Origin: an uncultured Fimbriimonadaceae bacterium
GTDB taxonomy: Bacteria; Armatimonadota; Fimbriimonadia; Fimbriimonadales; Fimbriimonadaceae
Assembly (NCBI GenBank): GCA_964451255.1
Contig: CAYVHL010000001.1
Span: 1,161,252-1,225,251, forward strand
Reading direction: 5' to 3'
DNA: 64,000 bases
The notes under the pieces were generated by a model. It searched no databases, was not told the origin of the DNA, and saw nothing but the letters and a program-made list of their open reading frames with translations. Position numbers and translations under genes: made by a program. Shown here in pieces: positions 36,266-44,365 of the stretch (positions are counted from its first letter, which is position 1; every line of letters starts with the position of its first letter).

Positions 36266-37080
36266 CGAGGGTCTTTCCTCGCCTGACCGTGGCCAGTGAC
36301 ACCGTATTCACCGGCCTCGGCCTGCACTCCGGCGCGCCCTGTCGTGCCGTCGTCCGGTCCTCGGGGCACGGCGTCCACTTCATCGCTGGCGGCGAGGCGT
36401 TCGAGGCGTTGGCCGAGAATGTGACCGACACGTCACGTTGCACCCGGCTTGGCTCGGTGTCCACGGTCGAACATCTCTTGAGCGCTTTGTGGGGGCTCGG
36501 GGTGACCGACGCCGCAATTGAAGTCGAAGGGGGCGAACTGCCCGGGCTGGACGGCTCGGCCAAACCGTTCGCCGACGCCCTGCTCGAGACCGGGTTTATT
36601 GGCGTCGGAGAACTGCATGTCGACGGCCCGTTCGCCCGGGTCTACCACGTGGACGGACCCGTCAAAGTCGCCATGTCGAATGGAGAGGGGCACTGGCGCT
36701 ACACCTACGACTTGGGAGACAGGTGGCCCGGCGTCCAATCCTTTGAGTGGACAGCATCTCGGGACCAGTACCTGGACCAGGTCGCCCCAGCCCGGACAAT
36801 CGTCTTGGAAGAAGAGATCGAGCTTGCCAGGCAAGCGGGCCTCGGCAAGGGATTGGAGGAGTGGGGCGTCGTGGCGATTGGACGGCAGGGCTATCTGACA
36901 AACGTTCGGTTCCCAGATGAACCGGCCCGGCACAAGCTTCTGGACCTTATCGGCGACTTGGCGTTGAGCGGAGTCCCCGTGGCTGCGATCAACGTCACGT
37001 CAGACCGTAGCGGGCATCGGACCAACGTGGCCGCCGCGGCCAAACTGGCGCGGAACACACGCGTCCGCCGGGTGCCTTAG
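36262..37080 (+). CDS. lpxC: UDP-3-O-acyl-N-acetylglucosamine deacetylase
   Basis: 272 aa. GLHSGAPC and TVEHLLSAL motifs, plus a C-terminal HKLLDLIGDLAL...SGH motif. Its start overlaps the lpxD stop. Confidence 0.92.
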   Translation: MTRVFPRLTVASDTVFTGLGLHSGAPCRAVVRSSGHGVHFIAGGEAFEALAENVTDTSRCTRLGSVSTVEHLLSALWGLGVTDAAIEVEGGELPGLDGSAKPFADALLETGFIGVGELHVDGPFARVYHVDGPVKVAMSNGEGHWRYTYDLGDRWPGVQSFEWTASRDQYLDQVAPARTIVLEEEIELARQAGLGKGLEEWGVVAIGRQGYLTNVRFPDEPARHKLLDLIGDLALSGVPVAAINVTSDRSGHRTNVAAAAKLARNTRVRRVP

Positions 37081-37089
37081 CCAGCCGAC

Positions 37090-38631
37090 TCATAGCGCGC
37101 GTAACTGTGGCCACTTTGTCTCAATCCCTTCGCTCCGGCACAGGTCTTGGAAATCAACCAAACGGTCGGATCTAACGGCTTGAGGACTTAGTTTGTGCCT
37201 CAAACAGTACCAAGCAAGGAGCCCGCTAGCTTCGCCGATGTCCCACTCCACGGGGTGGAGCCGGTAGCAACCGTTGGTCACGTGGGTCGTGCCGATGTTC
37301 TTGCAGGCTGGCAACATGTTGGTCATTCGCACCGGCACAAGGGCGCCTAAAGGGATGTGGAACGGTAGGGCGGGGATGTCGACGGTCGGCCTTCCGTTGG
37401 TGGAGGGGTGGAGGTCGATGCGGTATGCGCCGACGCCGACGGACTCGTGGTCGTTGGCCGCCCGGTCTCTGCCCATGTTGCAGTCTGGAGACACGTCCTG
37501 CTCCTTCACCGTCACTTGGGCCCGAATTCGGCGCGACTCACGGATGTATGGTGCCTGGCACAGACCGTCTTCCGTGCCGACCAACTCGCCAGCTAGGCGA
37601 AGGTTTTTGTGCCCGCACTCCGTTTGGAGCCAATAGACCAGGCTCAACGTCAGTTGTCGTGACGCCTCAAGACGTTCGGCAACCGTATCGTCATCCTCGT
37701 CCAGTATCGAACCGGCAAAGTAGTCGTTTTGGGGCCAGTTCACGATGGTCGCCGGGTAGGGCGCGTCTCTTCTATAGTGGCCTGGGTCGACGATCTGCCG
37801 GTAACTGAACAGGCTGGGAGAGCCATCGGCAAGCAGCGGAAGTTCGTAGGCGACGCCGGACTGCGGCCGCAGGATCGTGAACGAAAGCAGCTTTCCTGGC
37901 CAACCGGGGGGCTCGTATGCGCGCCACAAGTCGTAATGCGCCGGACGGTCGATGGTGAAGTCGCCGTCCGGGCGTAGCTCGAGGGCGGCGCACCAAGTCA
38001 AGCCTTGCACGTTGTCCCACTCGTCCTCGCCCTCCAGGGCATGTGGTTCTCCCGTCTCCAGTCGGCTCTCTGCCCCGACGACGTATTCAGCGCCGCACAG
38101 GGGGAGCAAGCTCCCAGTCTCGGTCGCGTCCAGGACGAACCGGGAATCGACTTCCAATTGGGCTCCATCCGGTCCCAAGAACCCGACGACGCCGATGCGG
38201 TCGCCCAGCGTCTCGCACGCCTCAAGCCTGTAGCCCAGGCGAAGATCCAACGACCGCCATGCCCCGGCGGCGTCGAACATCCTCAACAAGACGGCGTGTC
38301 CGTCGGCAGGGCTATGACATAACCTGCTGACCCACCCGCTGCCCGGATTAAGGTGGGGGTTATCGCGGGCTACTGCGGCGATCCGTGGGTCCGACCAGAC
38401 CAACCGTCGAACGTTGTCCCGATACTGCCGGTACCGCCTCGTGCAACCGAACTGCTCGATCCAAGGGTGCTCGTCGGGCGGCACACCCTGAGACGTCAAC
38501 TGGCCGCCGATCCAAGGGCACGGCTCTGTCATTACGACCGAGACCCCCTTGTCCGCCAGAGCCAAGGCGGCGGCGACACCTCCGGTGCCGCCGCCGACGA
38601 TCAAGACATCGCAGTTGAGACGCTCTACCAA
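37090..38631 (-). CDS. FAD-dependent oxidoreductase (FAD_oxidored-type)
   Basis: 513 aa. N-terminal dinucleotide-binding motif DVLIVGGGTGGVAAALALA. Confidence 0.85.
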   Translation of the reverse strand: MVERLNCDVLIVGGGTGGVAAALALADKGVSVVMTEPCPWIGGQLTSQGVPPDEHPWIEQFGCTRRYRQYRDNVRRLVWSDPRIAAVARDNPHLNPGSGWVSRLCHSPADGHAVLLRMFDAAGAWRSLDLRLGYRLEACETLGDRIGVVGFLGPDGAQLEVDSRFVLDATETGSLLPLCGAEYVVGAESRLETGEPHALEGEDEWDNVQGLTWCAALELRPDGDFTIDRPAHYDLWRAYEPPGWPGKLLSFTILRPQSGVAYELPLLADGSPSLFSYRQIVDPGHYRRDAPYPATIVNWPQNDYFAGSILDEDDDTVAERLEASRQLTLSLVYWLQTECGHKNLRLAGELVGTEDGLCQAPYIRESRRIRAQVTVKEQDVSPDCNMGRDRAANDHESVGVGAYRIDLHPSTNGRPTVDIPALPFHIPLGALVPVRMTNMLPACKNIGTTHVTNGCYRLHPVEWDIGEASGLLAWYCLRHKLSPQAVRSDRLVDFQDLCRSEGIETKWPQLRAL

Positions 38632-38637
38632 AGCCGG

Positions 38638-39084
38638 TTAGCCCGCTAGCTTCGCGGTGAGGGTGATCTCCGGAACAGCCGCCAAGGCTTTGGACACGGG
38701 GCATCCCTTCTTGGCATTGTTGGCCGCCTCAAGGAACTGTGCCTCGCTGGCACCCGGCACGACACCGACCAACTCTAACTCGATCTTGCTGATCAGGAAG
38801 TCAGACCCCTCTTGGGCCAGGGTCACCTTGGCAGTGCAGTCCAAGCTGGTCGGAGGGTGCCCGGCCGCGGCAAGCTGGGCGCTGGTGGCCATCGCAAAGC
38901 ACGCGCTGTGGGCGGCCGCGATCAGTTCTTCAGGAGACGTGTCGGAACCGTTACCGAACCGGGAATCGAATGAATAGGGGCCGGAGAACTTTCCGCTGCC
39001 CAGTGCGAGGCTTCCCTTTCCTTCCTTCAAGTTTCCTTGCCATTTGGACTCGGCGTGTCTCGTGGCGATTTCTTGTAATGACAT
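38638..39084 (-). CDS. osmC: OsmC-family peroxiredoxin
   Basis: ORF 38638..39123 trimmed to the ATG at 39084 (AGGAG 5 nt upstream). Two conserved Cys contexts: HSACFAMA and KKGCPVSK. Confidence 0.88.
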   Translation of the reverse strand: MSLQEIATRHAESKWQGNLKEGKGSLALGSGKFSGPYSFDSRFGNGSDTSPEELIAAAHSACFAMATSAQLAAAGHPPTSLDCTAKVTLAQEGSDFLISKIELELVGVVPGASEAQFLEAANNAKKGCPVSKALAAVPEITLTAKLAG

Positions 39085-39145
39085 ATGTGCTCCTGGCGGG
39101 GTTTGCCCGCCCGGGTTGAGCATACGCCTATCGGCAACGTGAGAC

Positions 39146-41269
39146 TCAGCCTTCGAGGACCAGCTTCCCGAAGTCGGCCACCTGGTTCAGGGTCCGCTCG
39201 ACGGCAACGAGGGCCTCCAGGTTGAGTCGACGCTGGTTTTCGTCTTCGGTCAGCACCATCCGACCGTCGAAGAAGGCGTTGATCGGTCCCGCCATGCCCG
39301 CGATCAGACCAAGCAGGTGGTCGATTTCCCCGGACATGAAGGCCATCCATGCCTCGCTCCAGTCCATGGCGAAGTTCTCCGTGATCACTCCGTCGGCCAG
39401 TCCGACCAAAACAGACGGGGGCTTTCCCCACGCCTCGTCGACGACCGACCCAAAGCCTTTCTTGCGGGCAGCGGCGATGATGCTTGACGGGCGGGCCAGG
39501 CCCTGGACCAGCAATGGAGTCGATTTCACCGCTTGGGCAACCTTGCAACTCGATAGAAACCGTGCCGGATCCAAGATACGTTCGACTCTTGTGTTGTGGA
39601 AGCGCTCGTCGGTCATGGCCTCTGCGACGGAGAGCCGCACGTCATAGTCGAACTCCTCAAGCATCGTGTCGTACCGACCTACGAAGAGATCCTCCAGCGC
39701 AACCGTCGCCGCTTCAGTGTCCAAGGACACTCCGGGCAAGAGGCCGGTGTAGACGTCAAAAGCCTCCTTCCAAAGGTGCTCATATCCACGGAATGGAGCA
39801 CCGTCATTCAACTCCCAGGCGGCCTCGATCAGCATCGTGGCGGCCCTGCGCAACCCATACGGGTCACTGCTGCCCGTAGGTGCCAGACCGAGGCCCAAAA
39901 AACCAGCCAGTTTGTCAAGCTGATCCGCCACAAGCAACGAAAGGCCGGTGGTGCGGCTCACGCCGTGGGGCAAGCGGGAGGCGGTCGCCACGTCGTACTG
40001 GCTGCCGATCGCCAACCAGACGGCTTCGGGCATGCCTTCGCGACGAGCATAGTCCGCGCCGACCAAGCCCTGTAACGACGCCAACTCGCCGACCAATCCG
40101 GTGCCAAGGTCGGCCTTGGCATATCTCCCCGCCGACCGGGCGAATTCGCTTCCTGACGTGTCCCCGCCAGCCGCCAGATAGACCCTTGCCGCCAGTTCGG
40201 CGAGACGTCTGGACCGGTCGAAGACGGTTCCGAGCCGGTCTTGGAAGGTCATCTGGCGCGTGAGCTCCAGAAACCCGTCCAAACTCGTCCGCTTGTCCTC
40301 GTCATAGAAGAACTTGGCGTCGTTGAACCTGGCGCCCAAGACCCACTCGTTTCCCGCCCTGACCGTCGCTTCGTCGCCCGAGTTTCGAACGGCGACGAAC
40401 TTGGGCAACAATCTGCCGTCCTTCCCCCGGACAGGAAAGAACCGTTCGTGTTTGGCCATCGCGGTGATCAAGACCGGTTCTGGCAGTTCCAAGTAGTGGT
40501 CGGGAAACGACCCCTCGTGGCAGGCAGGCCACTCGGTCAAGAACACGTTCTCGTCAACCAAGGAAGCGGGGAGGTCTGGCGTTCCGCTAGCTACGCTTGC
40601 CGCCTCTTTGCGGATGCGATCCTCCCTCATGGAGGGAATCGGCTCGACATGGCGCTTCCTGAGACCCTCCATCAGGCCATCCCAGGTTTTGACAGAGAAC
40701 GGCTTTGGGTGCTCGAACCGGTGCCCTCGGCTGGTGGTGCCGGACTTCACGCCTTCGATCTCAAATTTTATCGGCGTGTTGCCGAGCGTCGCGAGGATCC
40801 ATCGGATCGGGCGGGCAAACCGCATGCGACCGTCTCCCCACCGCATCGTCTTGTCAAAACTGAGCGCTCTGATCGCGGCGGGCAGGATCTCCGCGAGCAC
40901 GTCGGCTGCTAGCATTCCCGGCACGTTCTTGGTGACCCAAACGTAGTCACCCTCACGCCGAACATCATCCGGCTTGACCCCGGCAGAACGACAGAATCCT
41001 TCCAGCGCCTTCGTCGGTTTGCCTTCACCATCGTAGGCGGCTTGCACGGACGGCCCACGTGTCTCCACAGATTTGGACTCTTGTTTGTCGACCACGTCCG
41101 TGACACCGACGATCAACCTGCGCGGCGTCCCGGCTGCCTTCGATGGGCCGTGCGACAGCGCGGCTTCGTCCAACCTTTCGATGATTTCACGCTCAAGTTG
41201 TTGAAAGGCGCGCCGGACAGATGTCGCAGGTAACTCCTCGCAGCCAAGCTCAAACAACAGATCCGGCAT
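39146..41269 (-). CDS. glyS: glycine--tRNA ligase beta subunit
   Basis: 707 aa. Characteristic N-terminus MPDLLFELGCEELP. Confidence 0.95.
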   Translation of the reverse strand: MPDLLFELGCEELPATSVRRAFQQLEREIIERLDEAALSHGPSKAAGTPRRLIVGVTDVVDKQESKSVETRGPSVQAAYDGEGKPTKALEGFCRSAGVKPDDVRREGDYVWVTKNVPGMLAADVLAEILPAAIRALSFDKTMRWGDGRMRFARPIRWILATLGNTPIKFEIEGVKSGTTSRGHRFEHPKPFSVKTWDGLMEGLRKRHVEPIPSMREDRIRKEAASVASGTPDLPASLVDENVFLTEWPACHEGSFPDHYLELPEPVLITAMAKHERFFPVRGKDGRLLPKFVAVRNSGDEATVRAGNEWVLGARFNDAKFFYDEDKRTSLDGFLELTRQMTFQDRLGTVFDRSRRLAELAARVYLAAGGDTSGSEFARSAGRYAKADLGTGLVGELASLQGLVGADYARREGMPEAVWLAIGSQYDVATASRLPHGVSRTTGLSLLVADQLDKLAGFLGLGLAPTGSSDPYGLRRAATMLIEAAWELNDGAPFRGYEHLWKEAFDVYTGLLPGVSLDTEAATVALEDLFVGRYDTMLEEFDYDVRLSVAEAMTDERFHNTRVERILDPARFLSSCKVAQAVKSTPLLVQGLARPSSIIAAARKKGFGSVVDEAWGKPPSVLVGLADGVITENFAMDWSEAWMAFMSGEIDHLLGLIAGMAGPINAFFDGRMVLTEDENQRRLNLEALVAVERTLNQVADFGKLVLEG

Positions 41270-41323
41270 GTACCAGAAAGTTTACCGGGTAGTCGTCCGC
41301 CGCACCTTGGCGACTGAGACTAG

Positions 41324-41352
41324 TTGACGTTTCCGTCAGGTTCAAGTACAAT
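41324..41352 (+). promoter_or_regulatory. near-consensus sigma-70-type promoter for the OMP gene
   Basis: TTGACG (41324-41329), a 17-nt spacer, then TACAAT (41347-41352). GGAGGA precedes the ATG at 41408. Confidence 0.4.
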
Positions 41353-41407
41353 ACGGGGGCCTGAGAGATCGAGGCACGTCTGGCTAGACACGGAGGATCA
41401 AAACCGC

Positions 41408-41914
41408 ATGAAAAAGCTTTTCGCCCTGGCCGTCATCGGAGTGGCAGCCATCAGCAACGCCCAGTGGGAGGCACCGACCAATGTAGGAGTGCGTATAGGC
41501 TGGGTTTATCCCATCGACGCAAACTTGCGCGACGTAGCCCCGAATTACATCGGAGCGGGCGTCGATTATTATCCAAATTTCCAGTTGCTTAAAGGCAACG
41601 GCGAGTCTTATATCTCGTTCGACTGGATCGGCAAGTCGGGAAGCGGAGCCAAAGGCAACTTGTTCCCGATCTTGATCAACCACAAGTTCTACGCGGCCGA
41701 CGCAAACCCCAATGAGCCGCGTTCCTACTTCACTCTTGGCGCAGGCGTGGCCATCATTGACGTCAACTCCACCAACACTGTCTTGGCAATCCGTGGCGGC
41801 GTTGGCAGGGAGTTGAGCCAAAACCTCTTCGCCGAAGCCAACCTGCTGTACACCGACGCTTCGGCCGGCGTGCACGGGACGAGCCTCGGCTTCTACTTGG
41901 GCTACCGCTTCTAG
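41408..41914 (+). CDS. small outer-membrane beta-barrel protein (OmpA-beta-barrel/OmpW-like size class)
   Basis: ORF 41324..41914 trimmed to the ATG at 41408 (MKKLFALAVIGVAAISNAQ signal peptide). Alternating amphipathic strands and a C-terminal YLGYRF. Confidence 0.75.
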   Translation: MKKLFALAVIGVAAISNAQWEAPTNVGVRIGWVYPIDANLRDVAPNYIGAGVDYYPNFQLLKGNGESYISFDWIGKSGSGAKGNLFPILINHKFYAADANPNEPRSYFTLGAGVAIIDVNSTNTVLAIRGGVGRELSQNLFAEANLLYTDASAGVHGTSLGFYLGYRF

Positions 41915-41934
41915 GTCGACGAACCTGGTCGTCG

Positions 41935-41968
41935 GGTCAGGGCCGCTCCCAACGGGGCGGCCCTGACC
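41935..41968. terminator. strong hairpin between convergent genes (candidate bidirectional terminator)
   Basis: GGTCAGGGCCGCTCC / GGGGCGGCCCTGACC forms a 15-bp stem (one G-U) with loop CAAC, followed on the + strand by ATTTCTT. Confidence 0.6.
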
Positions 41969-41973
41969 ATTTC

Positions 41974-42711
41974 TTATGCGAGCACTGCCTCCGCGTGTGG
42001 CCGGATCTCGTCGTCAGCCAGGCGTTTGACGCCGTCCTTAGTCAGGATCGCCACCGACGGCAGGTTCTTACGGAAACCTCCCGTGGCCGAGTCCATTTCC
42101 GCCGCGATGTCGAGCAAGGTCAGGCCGTCTTGCAGAACCTCGCCCTCTGGCCTTGTGTGCCAGGGTCCCTTGGTGCGGGAGATGTATTCGAAGACTCCGC
42201 GTATACGCTCCGAGCCGGAACCTGCCGCCGCATAATCTGCGCTGAGAAACCTGCCCCCCGCCGTGTCGAAGAAGTAGACGCCGAACTCACCGCTGGCCGG
42301 GTCAAAGTTCGCGGCGATGGGCACGAAGAGGCCGATCCCTTGCATCGCCATGGGTAGGTTGGAAGCAAGGGCCCGGCTGATCTCCATTAGTTTGCCCTCA
42401 GCCGAGATCTCCACCATGTTCATCCGCTCGTAGTACTTGAATGCGTGCTTTAGGTATCTGCAGACCTCGATGGAGCGGGCATAGGCGCCGCTGATCGCCA
42501 CGACCACCGTGTCGTCCAACGCTTCGATTTTTTCGGCGTGCTCGTACATGATGAGGTTGCCCATCGTCGCACGGCGGTCGGCCATCACCAGGACGCCGTG
42601 CTCAAAGCGCAGCGCGAGCACCGTTGTGCCATGGATTTCGTCAGCGCCGGCGGGCATCTTGCCGAGGTCGAAATTGACGAGATCGGCAAACGTCTTCGGG
42701 CCGCTGGTCAT
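41974..42711 (-). CDS. prcB: proteasome beta-type subunit (Ntn hydrolase)
   Basis: 245 aa. A short propeptide is followed by GTTVLALRFEHGVLVMADRRAT (catalytic Thr context). Its ATG overlaps the stop of the upstream 60-aa gene (ATGA). Confidence 0.85.
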   Translation of the reverse strand: MTSGPKTFADLVNFDLGKMPAGADEIHGTTVLALRFEHGVLVMADRRATMGNLIMYEHAEKIEALDDTVVVAISGAYARSIEVCRYLKHAFKYYERMNMVEISAEGKLMEISRALASNLPMAMQGIGLFVPIAANFDPASGEFGVYFFDTAGGRFLSADYAAAGSGSERIRGVFEYISRTKGPWHTRPEGEVLQDGLTLLDIAAEMDSATGGFRKNLPSVAILTKDGVKRLADDEIRPHAEAVLA

Positions 42712-42890
42712 TGTCCAGACCGCTGCCGGTACTTCTTAGCCTGGTCGGGGTCGACGTTCTTCATGCGGCGCAAAAGCTCGTTTGGCGCCTTGGGGCGGTC
42801 GATGTCCGGCTTGCCTGGCCCGCCGTCGTCCCCAAGTTTGCGCGTGGGTTCTGGCTCGGCCCGTCGTGTAGTCCTGTCAATGTTGATCAT
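42708..42890 (-). CDS. UBact-type prokaryotic ubiquitin-like modifier (Pup homologue)
   Basis: 60 aa, MINIDRTTRRAEPEPTRKLGDDGGPGKPDIDRPKAPNELLRRMKNVDPDQAKKYRQRSGQ. Charged and predicted disordered, with C-terminal ...YRQRSGQ. It sits between a Pup-ligase-family gene and a proteasome subunit. Confidence 0.8.
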   Translation of the reverse strand: MINIDRTTRRAEPEPTRKLGDDGGPGKPDIDRPKAPNELLRRMKNVDPDQAKKYRQRSGQ

Positions 42891-42896
42891 ATTGCC

Positions 42897-44360
42897 TCAG
42901 CCCTGTATGAGTTCGCAGAACTCCTCCCATGATTCTACGTCGGCCAGCCGCGGATTGAACTCGTCGAGAGGCCCAATTCGAAGGTCGACCGGCGCGTGCT
43001 CACCCCGAAAAACGATCGAACCCCAACTCATAGTCTCGATGTGGCGCCCGAACTTTGCCACGGCGATCCCTCTTACCCACGGCCGTGTCCCGAATGCCGC
43101 TGGAATGGGGTTCTCCACGGGGGTATCCGGCTCGCCGTCGACCTCACCGGCCTCCACGATGGCGTCAAAGAGGCTTTCCTCGGAGTTGATGTCGCAATAG
43201 GCAAGGTCAAGCGACTGCATGGCCGTGTGATGCCATGTCAGGCCCTCTGCCTCCCGGTACTGGTCCAGAAGCCAGTGCTTCGCGGCCCAATCCACGTTGC
43301 GCCGGAATCGATCTGGATCGGTGAACCGGGCTTCAAGCAGTTCTCGGCATTCCTTGCTCGTTTGGATGGTCTCTGCGTCGGACTCATCCAACGCCTCGGC
43401 GGCATCGAGATAGGATTCCAGGATCAGACGTGGTGTTGTCCAGCTTGTGCCTTCGAGGTCGACACGACCCTCCCCCGTAAAGTCCCGGCTGACGTCCGCG
43501 ATTGCCCGGACGGGATCCTGTAGCCGCCAGGTCGGCACCGCGTCGGCATCTATGAGCCTTAGCGCCAACTTGACGAGGGCGACCTTGCGCCTGGTGCAGA
43601 CGAACATGCGGTTCGCGTCGCCACAAATCACGTGAAGCCGCACCCAGTGGTTGGGGTCGGCGTGAGGTTCGTCCCGTGTGTTGAACACCGGCCGCCGGTA
43701 GAGGGTCTCGATGTTGGCCGACTCGACGAAAAAGTCGGCTCGTTGGCTCATTTGGAACGGGCACGCGACACCGTGTTCGTGTCCGACTTTGCCTGCGCCG
43801 GTGAGCAGCTGTCGGGTGACGAACAGGGGCAACAGGCAGGCGAACAACTTCTCAAAGCCGACGGAGCGGGGCACAAGATAGCTTTCGTGGGTGCCGTAAG
43901 AAGCGCCGTGAAAGTCCGTGTTGTTCTTGTAGACCTTGGCCGGGCGTCCCGTCTCTTTGCTGAACGCCTCTGCCGCCAGGGCGACGACCGCTTCGCCCGC
44001 TTTGTCGTGCAGAGCCAGTTCATGAGCGGTCAAGCATTCCGGGGTGGAGTACTCCGGGTGCCCATGGTCGTTGTAGAGCCGGGCGCCGTTCGGCAGGACG
44101 CGGTCGGAGCGGACTTCCTGGTCTCCGACACGGTAGTGCCCGGAATCAAACCTGGCGTCTTCCGGATCGTAGGCAAGCTGGTCGACTTTGAATCCGCGCA
44201 AGTCTGACCTTGGCGACTCGAAGCGATAGTCCCAACCGACAAAGCACTCGCCCGGATAACTCCGGACGAGTGCCATTGAATCGTCGATCTGGTCTTCTGC
44301 GCCCCGCCCTTCGACGCTGAGCCCGTATTCGGTCTCAAGCCCGGCCAGGATCGGACGCAT
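42897..44360 (-). CDS. Pup-ligase/deamidase family protein (Dop-like)
   Basis: 487 aa. Motifs LETEYGLSV, NGARLYNDHGHPEYSTPEC, YKNNTD..GASYGTHESY and NTRDEPHAD. The N-terminal insertion WDYRFESPRSDLRGF... resembles the Dop-specific loop region as I recall it. Confidence 0.88.
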   Translation of the reverse strand: MRPILAGLETEYGLSVEGRGAEDQIDDSMALVRSYPGECFVGWDYRFESPRSDLRGFKVDQLAYDPEDARFDSGHYRVGDQEVRSDRVLPNGARLYNDHGHPEYSTPECLTAHELALHDKAGEAVVALAAEAFSKETGRPAKVYKNNTDFHGASYGTHESYLVPRSVGFEKLFACLLPLFVTRQLLTGAGKVGHEHGVACPFQMSQRADFFVESANIETLYRRPVFNTRDEPHADPNHWVRLHVICGDANRMFVCTRRKVALVKLALRLIDADAVPTWRLQDPVRAIADVSRDFTGEGRVDLEGTSWTTPRLILESYLDAAEALDESDAETIQTSKECRELLEARFTDPDRFRRNVDWAAKHWLLDQYREAEGLTWHHTAMQSLDLAYCDINSEESLFDAIVEAGEVDGEPDTPVENPIPAAFGTRPWVRGIAVAKFGRHIETMSWGSIVFRGEHAPVDLRIGPLDEFNPRLADVESWEEFCELIQG

Positions 44361-44365
44361 GCCGC

